A stretch of 63,280 nt of DNA, filler included, from Octopus bimaculoides (lineage: Eukaryota), in the NCBI RefSeq assembly GCF_001194135.2. It is 5 parts of 4 records of this genome, joined end to end, with 100 filler letters (N's around TTAATTAATTAA, not from the genome) between each part and the next. Parts side by side here need not be neighbours in the genome. Positions count along the whole stretch, not along the records: positions 16,476 to 33,380 come from NC_069002.1; positions 33,481 to 57,762 come from NC_068982.1; 3 more parts are not named here. The stretch is one strand, 5' to 3'. Made by a program: the position numbers and the translations under genes. This document shows, piece by piece, positions 23,297 to 35,948 of this stretch (within the stretch, counting starts at the first letter, position 1; the number at the start of each line of letters is the position of its first letter). The notes under the pieces are model-generated. The model saw only the letters and a list, made by a program, of their open reading frames with translations. It was not told the DNA's origin and made no database searches.

Positions 23297-24193
23297 CACA
23301 TACACAGCCTAATCTCTCTGAAATTAAACCCTAATGCTTCCTTTTTTACAAAGAAAGGATTGATTGGATAACTTACCTCAAAATACATTGAAACCCAAAA
23401 TATAGGTGATAATGCTTCTGCTGCTGATGGTAGCAATGATGATGATGGTAGTAGTGGTTGTGGTGGTTGTGATGCTGGTGATGTTTATATCTGGAGCCTG
23501 CAGNNNNNNNNNNNNNNNNNNNNNNNNNNNNNNNNNNNNNNNNNNNNNNNNNNNNNNNNNNNNNNNNNNNNNNNNNNNNNNNNNNNNNNNNNNNNNNNNN
23601 NNNNNNNNNNNNNNNNNNNNNNNNNNNNNNNNNNNNNNNNNNNNNNNNNNNNNNNNNNNNNNNNNNNNNNNNNNNNNNNNNNNNNNNNNNNNNNNNNNNN
23701 NNNNNNNNNNNNNNNNNNNNNNNNNNNNNNNNNNNNNNNNNNNNNNNNNNNNNNNNNNNNNNNNNNNNNNNNNNNNNNNNNNNNNNNNNNNNNNNNNNNN
23801 NNNNNNNNNNNNNNNNNNNNNNNNNNNNNNNNNNNNNNNNNNNNNNNNNNNNNNNNNNNNNNNNNNNNNNNNNNNNNNNNNNNNNNNNNNNNNCTTTCTC
23901 TCTCTCACAACCTCTCCCTCTTTCTCTCTCATTCTCTTTTTTCTATGTCTCTCCATCTCTCTCCTATCTTTTCTTTTGTTCTTTCCTTTCTACTCTCCTT
24001 CCCTCTCTCGCTCTCTCTCCTCACTCTCTCTCTCCTTCTCTCTCTCGCTCTCTCTCTCCTCTCTTGCTCTCCCTCCCTGTCTCACACTCTCTCCCTCCTT
24101 CCTCATGCTCTCTCACTCTCCTCTCTCTTACTCTCCTTCTCTTTCTCTTGCTCTCCCTCACTTCCACTCTTTCTTTCTCTTTCCTTTGTGCTC

Positions 24194-24224
<31 letters not shown>

Positions 24225-24638
24225 TCCCCTCCCCCTTCTATTCTTCTTTTAGGCAGCATCTGACCTATTGACCTTGATTTAAGATCGATGGTTGTTACAA
24301 CAGGGTGCAGTCAGCTTCCAGAAGTGAAATTCTAGAACCACCACTTTGTTTGGTGCTGCACTTAACTTGGGCATGTGTATCATTGCACATGCATACCTGC
24401 ACCCCCACCACACCCCCACCACACACACACATACACATACACACACATGCCCACCTGCCCACTGCACATGCATGCGTACACATATACAGGTCGAATACAG
24501 ATTTTCCCTGTGTACACATGGGCATGCATAAAACTGCACACACACACACATGTATGTGCATGCGCAAATAGTCATATGTAAGAATGCCAACATGCATGTG
24601 CATATATAACCATTCTCTCAGATGCATAAACATGTATG

Positions 24639-24692
<54 letters not shown>

Positions 24693-25174
24693 AAGAATAT
24701 TATACCTCTCCCCTCCTCAATAGTAGTAGTAGTAGTAGTAATAATCATAATAATAATGGTTTGAAATTTTGGCACAGAGCTNNNNNNNNNNNNNNNNNNN
24801 NNNNNNNNNNNNNNNNNNNNNNNNNNNNNNNNNNNNNNNNNNNNNNNNNNNNNNNNNNNNNNNNNNNNNNNNNNNNNNNNNNNNNNNNNNNNNNNNNNNN
24901 NNNNNNNNNNNNNNNNNNNNNNNNNNNNNNNNNNNNNNNNNNNNNNNNNNNNNNNNNNNNNNNNNNNNNNNNNNNNNNNNNNNNNNNNNNNNNNNNNNNN
25001 NNNNNNNNNNNNNNNNNNNNNNNNNNNNNNNNNNNNNNNNNNTTGATAGAATAAGTACCAGGATTTTAAAAAAAACAAAAAAGTGAAAAAGAGCACTGAG
25101 GTTGCATCATTCAACTAAAATTTCTAGACGGTGCCCCAGTATGACCGCAGCCTAATGACTGAAACAAGATATAT

Positions 25175-25555
25175 AAAGGTGCAGGCATGACTGTGTGGTA
25201 AGTAGCTTGCTTCCCAACCACATGGTTCTGGGTTCAGTCCCACTGCATGGTACCTTGAGCAAGTATCTACTTTAGCCTCAGGCCGACCAAAGCCTTGTGA
25301 GTGGATTTGGTGGATGGAAACTGAATGAAGCCTGTTATGTGTGTGTGTCTGTCTTTGTGCCCCTATCACTTCTTGACAACCGATGCTGGTGTGTTTACGT
25401 CCCCCGTAACTTAGCGGTTTGGCTAAAGAGACTGTTAGAATAAGCACTAGGCTTAGAAAATATGTCCTAGGGTTGATTTGTTCCACTACAACTCTTCATG
25501 GTAGTGCTCCAGCATGGCCATAGTGAAGAGACTGAAACAAGTAAAAGAATAAAAG
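25175..25555 (+). mobile_element. SINE family B, full length
   Basis: ggtgcaggcatgactgtgtggtaagtagcttgcttcccaaccacatggttctgggttcagtccc...gtgctccagcatggccatag...gaaacaagtaaaaga. Confidence 0.88.
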
Positions 25556-25702
25556 TATATGTGTATATGCATTTGTGTATATATATATGTGTGTATATGT
25601 ATATATATGTATGTATGTGTATATATATGTATATATATACATATATGTGTGTATATATATGTATGTGTATATATATATATATGTATGTGTATACACACAC
25701 AC

Positions 25703-25771
<69 letters not shown>

Positions 25772-26351
25772 TGTGGGCATTTAGCTCAATGCTCTGCTAC
25801 TCTCAGTGATGGTAATGATAACACTTTGTGAAATATAGCACAAAACCATCTTTGTTGTTGTTCTTGTTGGTTGGCTGGGCTGATGGTGGGTGCCTAGTCA
25901 AGGCATAGGAAACTATTTTAATTTTTTTATATTTTTAAAGAAATCTATTTATTTATATATTTATTTTGTGAACAGAAGATTCAGTGAATTTCAGAGTCGT
26001 TGTTGTTGTTGTTTTTTTGCTAGTCTGGCGAGTGATTTGATCTGAGGCCATGTGTTGAAACTAAAGCAATTACTACATTGTAGACACTTATTAACTATTC
26101 AAAAGCAGAGAAAAAAAAACTGTTAACTTCACTTAAACATTTATCGTTTGGTGTCTCAAAATTTTTCGGCACACCATCCGCTTCCTGGTCTTTGACACAG
26201 TCTTCCACTGCAACTCATGAAATATTTGCTAAAAATCGCAAATCAGGCCACAGCACCAAAAGAATAATTTACCAAGCATAACTTGTAGTAGAAGCAGGCA
26301 TGGCTGTGTGGTAAGAAGCTTGCTTCCCAACCACATGGTATTGGGTTCAGT

Positions 26352-26720
26352 CAGTTACGACGACGAGGGTTCCTGTTGATCCGATCAACGGAACAGCCTG
26401 CTTGTGAAATTAATGTGCAAGTGGCTGAGCACTCCACAGACACGTGTACCCTTAACGTAGTTCTCGGGGAGGTTCAGCGTGACACAGAGTGTGACAAGGC
26501 TGACCCTTTGAAATACAAGGTACAAGAGAAACAGTAAGAAAGAGCAAGAGAAAGTTGTGGTGAAAGAGTACAGCAGGGCTCACCATCACCCCCTGCCGGA
26601 GCCTCGTAGAGTTTTAGGTGTTTTCACTCAATAAATACTCCGAACATCCGGTCTGGGAATCAAACCCATAATCCTACGACCACGAGTCTGCTGCCCTAAC
26701 CACTGGGCCATTGTGCCTCC
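26352..26720 (-). mobile_element. tRNA-derived SINE family C variant
   Basis: The reverse complement begins ggaggcacaatggcccagtggttagggcagcagactcgtgg (tRNA head) and ends in the shared tail gggtacacgtgtctgtggagtgctcagccacttgcac. Confidence 0.8.
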
Positions 26721-26740
26721 AATATATATATATATATATA

Positions 26741-26865
26741 TTGGGTTGTCCGGAAAGTTTGTGCCAATTTTTAAAGAAAAGGAAAAGGTCAATAAATACT
26801 TGTCATTACATTTTTAATCAACCAAATATGAACCATTTTGTTGCACAATGCATCTCCATCTCCAT
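26741..26865 (-). mobile_element. mariner 3' end with TIR
   Basis: TA-flanked tattgggttgtccggaaagttt TIR; minus translation ...IVQQNGSYLVD*, matching a mariner C-terminus. Confidence 0.7.
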
Positions 26866-26926
26866 GCATACACAAATACACACACACATACATATATGTA
26901 TGTATATATAACACACATATACATCG

Positions 26927-26962
<36 letters not shown>

Positions 26963-27048
26963 AATAAGGATAAGCTCGATATTTAAAATATTGATCCTAT
27001 CAAGTGGTCAGCATGGGAATAAAAAACCATCAAAGGTAATAATTATTT

Positions 27049-27101
<53 letters not shown>

Positions 27102-28555
27102 CACACACACACTCACATGCATGTGTGTGCATATGAAATGTATAAGGGCATTTACTTGTATGCGTACTTAATGTCAGCAAATTGACTTATGTTCCTTGCG
27201 TGTCCTTATACCATAGGATCTCGTTTGTGTGGGTGCATGCATCATATACATAATACCACTGCCAACAGCATCTGCTGATGTCATTGTAGACTAAAATTGA
27301 TATTTTTCTATCGGCCAATATAGTTTAATTAATTAGTTCATTATTATCTCTGGAGACTAATGAGATGGGATTAATTTCTGTTTAAGACTTCAACCACCAT
27401 GGAAAGACAAATAAACTGTATTTTTCCTTTTTTTTTTTTTTGTTATTTACATCTGCCACTTTCTCTTGTTAAGTCTAAACAGTACGGTTTTGATCTCTGA
27501 GTGCTGCAACTTCACTGTCCTCTACTTCACTCTACCCCCCCNNNNNNNNNNNNNNNNNNNNNNNNNNNNNNNNNNNNNNNNNNNNNNNNNNNNNNNNNNN
27601 NNNNNNNNNNNNNNNNNNNNNNNNNNNNNNNNNNNNNNNNNNNNNNNNNNNNNNNNNNNNNNNNNNNNNNNNNNNNNNNNNNNNNNNNNNNNNNNNNNNN
27701 NNNNNNNNNNNNNNNNNNNNNNNNNNNNNNNNNNNNNNNNTCCACTCCACACCCAGCCTCCACTCCACACCCAGCTTCCACCCTCCACCCAACTTCCACT
27801 CTAGTCTACTTCATCTCTACTTCACCCCCACTACTCCACCATATAATACCCCACTCTAGTCAATCATGACATCTTTTGAGAGCCAGGACCATCACAAAAC
27901 TTCTGCTACTTCCTTCCTTTTCCTATTCAACCAAAACCTTGTGCTTCTGACATCAGCTTAACCCTTCATCTTTCTGGATCATTCCCTTACTGTCTTTAAT
28001 CTCATGAGGTCATCTTTGCTTCTCTGTCTCCTCCGATGATCAGCTCAGTCTTTCTTCGATCTGGAAGTCATCTTTATCTTTCTTTCACCAACCAGGGATC
28101 ATTTGCTAGTTAAATATTTTTTTGCCTCTCTCCTCTTTTTTTGGTTTTTCTCTTTTATATCTTTTGGTAAAAATGGAATTTGTTTCCAAATAAATATAAA
28201 ATAACAATCTATGTACTCTAACAAAGAAAGCTGCTTATTAATTTGTTAGTATGTTACCCTTACTAAACGAAAGCAATTATTAAAGCCTACACTCTTTAAA
28301 ATAATTATGGGCAACCTCTGACCTGCAGGAGCAGGAGTTTCTGAATGACACACCCAACAAAAGATTATCTTCACTTATTTTTTTAAGTTGTGCAACTCAC
28401 TTGATAATGAGCCATGTGTGACTTCTTGTTAAAAGGTTATCCATGCCAGTTCTAGAAAATTCTGAAAAATTCTTAATTTTAATGTTTTTATCAAAATGTG
28501 GTTTTTTGGATTATTTAATTATTGAAGATTTCAACTAGTTGAAAACTAATTTTAA

Positions 28556-28774
28556 CCCTTTAGCATTCTGTCAGAAATAATGCTTATTTATTCATTTAAT
28601 CACATTGTTTTGTATTAATCATGCATTATATTGTAGCTTTGAGATTTCGATGAGGTAACTATTAATTTCTAGAATGACATTGTAGGGTAGGTGTAAGTGG
28701 CTGTATTTAGCCACTTTGAACATAAAACAGGTTGAATATTTTGGCCAGATATGGCCAGTTGAAATGCTAAAGGG
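28556..28774. mobile_element. piggyBac-like MITE with TTAA TSDs
   Basis: TTAA|ccctttagcatt ... aatgctaaaggg|TTAA. Related copies lie at 47414-47604 and ~47060-47240. Confidence 0.8.
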
Positions 28775-29411
28775 TTAATTCACTGCTAGATGACTTTTTT
28801 TTTATTTTTTATCACTACAAGATAGTGTTCCCTCTGCGTCCTTTTTTCTCTCTCATACATTTCAGGATACTACTTTCTGCAGATATATCAGTAAAAACAT
28901 TTCACCAAATTATTAAGTGTAATCCAAATTCAGCCAAATTATGTTGATTCCAGAATCCTTTCATACTTGTGAGGTGTTTTTGAAGAAGAAAAGTGGTTTT
29001 AATTTACTTACATCAATTGTAAAAAAAACAAAAAAACATTAACTTCTGAGAGAAATAAGCAGCAAAAAGAATGCCCCCTCCCCCACTCGAAATTTACATG
29101 AATTAACTTTTTTTAATTATTTAATTGATGCATTTATTAATTTATCATTTCTCCCTTACTGAAATAGAAGCAAGTTTTAATGTTTTGGAGGCGGCACCTT
29201 GGGTCTATGCCTCGGGTTCCTCAACAAGTAAGTATTGCTTCAGTCCTACTGATGATGATGATGATGATGATGATGATAATGCAGTAGTGTTGTCTTGCTA
29301 CCACAGACCATCCACTACTACCATGACCACCACCACCACCACCACCACCACCACCAAGACAGCTCAAACATTTACATAGAAACCTATGGATGCAAGCATG
29401 TATACAGATCT

Positions 29412-29737
29412 GGCACTCCATCAGTTTCGACGATGAGGGTTCCATTTGATCCGATCAACAGAACAGCCTGCTTGTGAATTTAACGTGCAAGTGGCTGAGT
29501 GCTCCACAGACATGTGTACCCTTAATGTAGTTCTCAGAGAGATTCAGCATGACACAGTGTGTGACAAGGCTGGTCCTTTGAAATGCAGATACTACTCATT
29601 TTTTGCCATCTGGGTGAACTGGAGCAATGTGAAATAAAGTGTCTTGCTCAAGGACACGACTGCACTGCCAGGTATCAAACTCACGACCTTATAGTCACGA
29701 GCCAAAAGCCCTAACCACTAAGCCACACGCCTTCACA
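29412..29737 (-). mobile_element. SINE family C, full length
   Basis: The reverse complement begins gtgaaggcgtgtggcttagtggttaggg and includes gtgtccttgagcaagacactttatttcac. Confidence 0.85.
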
Positions 29738-31271
29738 TGTATATAGGAAACATGTATGTACACACATATTGGTGGATGTGAGTGTATACATGCACACTCA
29801 CTCATACAAGCACAGGAATGTTTGTATACTTATACACACAGGCACACACACACACACACACAGGCACACACACACAGACACACATGTACACATATATACA
29901 CACATGTATACATACACATACTGGTGGATGGAAGCATAGATATACACATGTACTGCTGGATGGAAGCATCGACATACACACATGTAGGTGCAACAAGTGC
30001 ATGCATTCCTACATGCACACATGTAGGAAATGGATCCAGTGATATGGTAGTTAGGTGTTGGATAAAGTTAGAAACTCAGTTTCAATTCCCAGTTGGATCA
30101 CTTTAATGATTTGTCACTAATGCACTCTGATAGGGCATGACCACCACAACTTCACAATTATCTCCCCCCCCCCTACGACTCTTATGTGGTTGCATGTTGG
30201 TGTAAGACTTTATTCTGGCGAATTGGTAGGTACAGTGGTATTTTAGTTGTGTTTGTTACTTCCTGAGTTCAAACCCTACCATTTCAACAGTCTTTACTCT
30301 CCAGGGTTATATTAAAATATATATGGGGCACAAACACACACATTGGTAATCAATAAGTCCTTCTGAAATAGTAATCTATGTATCCTACTAAATGTATATA
30401 TACTGTTGATAGGCCAGTGACTGCAGTGTTTGTCCCGAGATAACATCTCTTATGGTATTATGGGTGTTGTGGGGCTAAAAAATATGAGAGAGGAGCAGCA
30501 GGCACATGTGTCTTGCTACAGAGGAGATACATTCAGATGGGCACAAAGCCAGGAATTTAGAAACTGAGGCACAAAGCCAGGAATTTAGAGGGAGCAAATG
30601 GTCATTGATATCAATCTCATTACTTGGTGAGCAATGAAAGGCAAAGTTGGCCACAACAGGACTTCAAACATCTTGAATTAAATTAATCATGAATAAGATG
30701 TATCTGCTGTCTGTTTTATGGCAGCCTACCATTTTACAGTGAATTCTTCACATAGGATACCCCACAAAACTGTTGGACATGACAAAGGGGTACATTCGAA
30801 GGCAGAGTTTTTGGGAATGCTTTTATTAATTTTTTTTTTTTTTTTTTNNNNNNNNNNNNNNNNNNNNNNNNNNNNNNNNNNNNNNNNNNNNNNNNNNNNN
30901 NNNNNNNNNNNNNNNNNNNNNNNNNNNNNNNNNNNNNNNNNNNNNNNNNNNNNNNNNNNNNNNNNNNNNNNNNNNNNNNNNNNNNNNNNNNNNNNNNNNN
31001 NNNNNNNNNNNNNNNNNNNNNNNNNNNNNNNNNNNNNNNNNNNNNNNNNNNNNNNNNNNNNNNNNNNNNNNNNNNNNNNNNNNNNNNNNNNNNNNNNNNN
31101 NNNNNNNNNNNNNNNNNNNNNNNNNNNNNNNNNNNNNNNNNNNNNNNNNNNNNNNNNNNNNNNNNNNNNNNNNNNNNNNNNNNNNNNNNNNNNNNNNNNN
31201 NNNNNNNNNNNNNNNNNNNNNNNNNNNNNNNNNNNNNNNNNNNNNNNNNNNNNNNNNNNNNNNNNNNNNNN

Positions 31272-31308
<37 letters not shown>

Positions 31309-31444
31309 GTATGTATGTATATATAAATAATTTAATTAGTGGCTGAGTGGCATGAATTTATCCTATGAGTTGAGTAGCTGATGATTTACTGATTGATGTA
31401 TATAAAAATAAAAAATTTTAAGTGAATTGAATCTTGCATCTTAG

Positions 31445-31477
31445 TTGGAGAAAGAAAACAAAATCCTAGCGGCAGTT
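31445..31477 (+). CDS. Candidate 33-nt micro-exon (LEKENKILAAV) of an unidentified gene
   Basis: Acceptor tcttgcatcttag|, donor GTT|gtaagt, open phase 0 to 0, retained CpG. Confidence 0.3.
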
Positions 31478-31719
31478 GTAAGTAAGCAGCAAAGAGAAGG
31501 GAAATGATTTTAAGACATTAAAGACAATTTAACAGAAGGCAAGGGGTGGGGCAAATTTGGATTTTTGCTCTGAAGCATGGAATCACAATTTTTTCTAAAA
31601 TTAATTCTTAATTTATCATTTTATCATATAGCTGTAATTGAGCTGAAGTCAACTTTGTCCCATCTTTTCCATGGTCAGTGAAATAAAGTACGGGTCGCAT
31701 CATGTTAGTCATGGTATCA

Positions 31720-31832
31720 ACCAGGCTGTAGGATATTGTTGTACATCGCTGGTCACAATGCGCTTCATGTTAGCCTTTGAATGATACCACCTTGCTGGCT
31801 CACCTGGCCTGCTCAATGATAACGATGCTGAT

Positions 31833-31876
<44 letters not shown>

Positions 31877-32090
31877 GTGGGTGTGTGTTTGTACCCCATG
31901 ACTGCTCAACAACTAGTGTGGGTTTGTTTACATCCCTGTAACTTGGATAACATCGGTGGCATGGAGAGGGGAGCCTGGTATGCATGGGTGACTGTTGGTT
32001 TTCCACAAACAACCTTGCCTGGACTTGTACCTCGAAGGGTAACTTTCTAGGTGCAATCCCATGGTCATTCACGACCGAAGGGGATCTTCA
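31720..32090 (-). mobile_element. SINE fragments sharing the tail aagggggtcttc...gaatgaccatgggattgcacctagaaagttaccc (compare 35608-35948)
   Basis: Near reverse complement of 35615-35740. Confidence 0.65.
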
Positions 32091-33587
32091 CCCTTTTCTG
32101 GTCATATTAGTGGGTAAACATAATCAGCTGTTCCCTTCCTGAAAATTTACAGACAAAATACTTTATGGTATGTTCCATCTCTTTGCGTTCTGAGTTCAAA
32201 TTCAGCTCTGAGATCAACTTTTACATCCTTCCCATGGTTAGCAAAAGTAACGTACCAGTCATATGCCAGGCGTAAATGTAACCGATTCTTCCCTTCCTGC
32301 AAAATACACAAACAAAATGCCTTGCAGTACATTCCAGTTCCTCACAATCTGAGTTCAAATTTGCTGTCTTGCACCTTTTTCTAAAATATGTCATTTATTA
32401 ATTTGATCTTATTTATTCTTTTTTTTTTCTTTTCCGTTTCTTCTTCTCACTCTTGTTACTGTCTTCTCTTCCATCAGATGCGGCTCGCGACAACAAACTC
32501 GGCTTATGTGGCACCTTGCTTATGGCTCTCTCTTTTGTCATTATCCTATGCACATTACCATTCTCTCTGTGTCTAGTTATTAAGGTAAACTATGCAAATC
32601 TTTCTTGATTGTCTATTTATCGTCTTTTTTGTTTTCCTTTTTTTTATGTTCCTTTTATTGTATTTTTTAAAAAAATTCTTTTACCAGTTTCTTTCATGGA
32701 ACTGCAGATTTGGTGGGACACCACATTCTAGGCTTTTAGGTTATTATTTATAGAAATAGCAGCCAAATATTACTCATATCATGTCCCACCATCTGAAAAA
32801 TAAACAAAAACCAGTGCAAAGGGATTCTGTTAGTCTGGGGTTTTATGGTAGCGAGCTGCTGGAATTGTTATTGCACTGCGCAAGGTGCTTAGAGGCATTT
32901 CGTCCATCACTACAGTCTGGGGTCAAATTCCACTGAGGTTGAGTTTGACTGTCCTCCTTTCGGGGTCGGTCTGAGGCTACAGGTGAAGGCAATTGCCTGA
33001 GGTGCAACGCAGCGGGACTGAACCTGGAACCATGTGGTTGGGAAGCCAGCTTCTTAGCCACACAGCCACGGTTGGAATGCTTGTGAGTTGGTGTCTCCTT
33101 GTCGTCTGGACATCGTGCAGTTGCTATAAGCAAGCGTCACACTTTCACACCAGAAGTGGTATTGTTTCATTGCCTTGCAGTTGGAATTCCATTAAAAAAA
33201 CAAAAAGGACATGGTGGGGTGGGGCAGGTGAATAAAATCTTACAGGTGAGATATGGGCTGGCTACAGGGAAATCATCTGGGCATAGGAAATTTTACCTCA
33301 TTGTGCAAGCTTAGGAAACTGAACATTAAAAAACTGTGTGTGTGTGCGTGTGGGCAGTTGTGTGTGAGAGAGAAAGATAGNNNNNNNNNNNNNNNNNNNN
33401 NNNNNNNNNNNNNNNNNNNNNNNNTTAATTAATTAANNNNNNNNNNNNNNNNNNNNNNNNNNNNNNNNNNNNNNNNNNNNAAATAACTTTTTTACCCATC
33501 ACAAAATGCCATACTTCATTTAGTTAGCTCTCTCAATTATGATTTTCCTTTCTTCCCCAGGTAAGTTCCCAATATTTGTGATTACAG

Positions 33588-33620
33588 AAAATGGCCAATC
33601 GAAACACTGTTAACCTGAAG
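33588..33620 (+). CDS. Candidate 33-nt micro-exon (KMANRNTVNLK)
   Basis: Acceptor gtgattacag|, donor AAG|gtatta, strong Kozak aaaATGG, open phase 0 to 0. Confidence 0.25.
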
Positions 33621-34559
33621 GTATTATAATGATTATTATTATTCATTGTTATTGTTGTTATTGTTATTATTATTATTTGTGTCTCTCTTCAAAGACTCTG
33701 AGTGATTGTTGTGGATTTTCTTCGAAATATTAAATTAATTAAATATTTGAAAAAAAAATTATGAAATGAATTTTCTGAATTTTGTAATATTAAAAGCAAA
33801 AAAGAATTGAAAGAACATTCGTCTCTGTGTGTGTGTGTGTGTGTGTGTTGGAATTGGAGTTTTTCTTAGTCTTTATATTTGTTATTCTTTTGTATTTAAC
33901 AAAAGTTTTTCTATGACAACAAATATTTGTCTTCAGATGGAATTTTTTTACTTGTTTCTTTATTCAACCTGAGATCCAGGAGAATTTATTTACAGAACAG
34001 TTCTACACTCTTGGAAAAAAATAAAGATTTTCTTTTCTTTCAGCAACAGTTTTGAAACTACGAGATGCTTTAACAAGAAATGGCATCCTCATTAATTGAT
34101 TGATCAACATCAGAAAGCAACTTACCCCCAGATGGAGTAATGCCAGTCGTTTTGTCAATACAGTATCTATATATTGCTTGTTCTGTGATGAGGGTACCTT
34201 TAACCCCTGTGTGTGTGTGTGTCTGTTTGTCTGTGTTTCTGTGTGGGTGTGTTGATTCGGCTAACAACAGTGTGGTTATATGAAGAAATGTTGAATTAAT
34301 TGAAAAATTGGGAAAAAAACCTCTCTCACTCTCTTGTTATTTAATGATTAAGTTGGTTGTCTGAGAAAAATCAAACATTATACATAATAAAAATACCACC
34401 TACCGGTGATTCTTGATGATGCCTGCCAAGGCCACACGTAGCCCTCAAGCATCCTTCTGGCAGCTCTCAACAATCTTTCTTCTATATATATGTAGATCAC
34501 AGCCGTAGCCTACACCAGTGTCGCATAATCAACCCATTTAAAAGTACCTTTGAATCGTC

Positions 34560-34995
34560 AGGCGACACGTTGTGCTTGAGGAGACCTATTGTGTCAAGTA
34601 AAATTGAAATCAAAACTCAAACCATAATCAAATGGAAATTGTAATTGTGGCCGATGCCAGTGCCGCCTGACTGGCTCCTGTGTCATGTGTCAATGGCACA
34701 TAAAAAGCACCATCTAAACATAGTCAATGCCAGCCCTCCCCGCCCCGACTCACTCCTGTGCCGGTAGCACATAAGCAGTACCATCTGAATGTGGCCGATG
34801 CTTGTGCCGCCTGACTGGCTCCCATTCCGGTGGCATGTAAAAAGCACCCACTACACTCTCAGACTAGTTGGCATTAAGAAGGGCATCCAGCTGTAGAAAC
34901 ATTGCCAGATCAGATTGGAGCCTGGTGCGGCCTCCTGGCTTGCCAGTCCCCAGTCAAACCATCCAACCCATGCCAGCATGGAAAACAGATGTTAA
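34560..34995 (+). mobile_element. Family D element with internal tandem units (gtggccgatgccagtgccgcctgactggctcc)
   Basis: Repeated internal units followed by the RTE-like tail aagggcatccagctgtagaaac...catgccagcatggaaaacagatgttaaac. Confidence 0.8.
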
Positions 34996-35007
34996 ACAAT
35001 GGTGTTG

Positions 35008-35057
<50 letters not shown>

Positions 35058-35607
35058 NNNNNNNNNNNNNNNNNNNNNNNNNNNNNNNNNNNNNNNNNNN
35101 NNNNNNNNNNNNNNNNNNNNNNNNNNNNNNNNNNNNNNNNNNNNNNNNNNNNNNNNNNNNNNNNNNNNNNNNNNNNNNNNNNNNNNNNNNNNNNNNNNNN
35201 NNNNNNNNNNNNNNNNNNNNNNNNNNNNNNNNNNNNNNNNNNNNNNNNNNNNNNNNNNNNNNNNNNNNNNNNNNNNNNNNNNNNNNNNNNNNNNNNNNNN
35301 NNNNNNNNNNNNNNNNNNNNNNNNNNNNNNNNNNNNNNNNNNNNNNNNNNNNNNNNNNNNNNNNNNNNNNNNNNNNNNNNNNNNNNNNNNNNNNNNNNNN
35401 NNNNNNNNNNNNNNNNNNNNNNNNNNNNNNNNNNNNNNNNNNNNNNNNNNNNNNNNNNNNNNNNNNNNNNNNNNNNNNNNNNNNNNNNNNNNNNNNNNNN
35501 NNNNNNNNNNNNNNNNNNNNNNNNNNNNNNNNNNNNNNNNNNNNNNNNNNNNNNNNNNNNNNNNNNNNNNNNNNNNNNNNNNNNNNNNNNNNNNNNNNNN
35601 NATATAC

Positions 35608-35948
35608 ATGCTGAGACCTCCTTCGGTCATGACTGACCATGGGATTGCACCTAGAAAGTTACCCTCCCAGGCACAAGTCCGGGCATGGTTGTTTATGGAA
35701 GACCAGCAGTCGCTCATGCATACCAGCCTCCCCTCTCCACACCACCAGTGTTATCCAAGGCAAAGGCAAAGGGGCCGGTACAGCTTGGCACCAGTGACGT
35801 CACAACTCATTTCAACGGCTGAGTGAACTGGAGCAACGTGAAATAAAGTGTCTTGCTCAAGAACACATGCAGCCCAGTCCGGGATTCAAAATCACAACCT
35901 CACAGTCGTAAGTTCAATGCTCTAACCACTGAGCCATGCACCTTCACA
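35608..35948 (-). mobile_element. SINE family C variant
   Basis: The reverse complement begins gtgaaggtgcatggctcagtggttagagc and includes ttcttgagcaagacactttatttcacg. Confidence 0.8.

Noticed and set aside
33905-33945. Minus-strand CTGAAGA...GAAA as a hammerhead
   Set aside because: Stem II would overlap the core, and there is no stem I/III or UH site.
34640-34850. Regularly spaced repeats resembling a CRISPR-like array (also 12586-12660 and 36870-36960)
   Set aside because: These are degenerate tandem units inside transposon bodies with no unique spacers, in a eukaryotic context.
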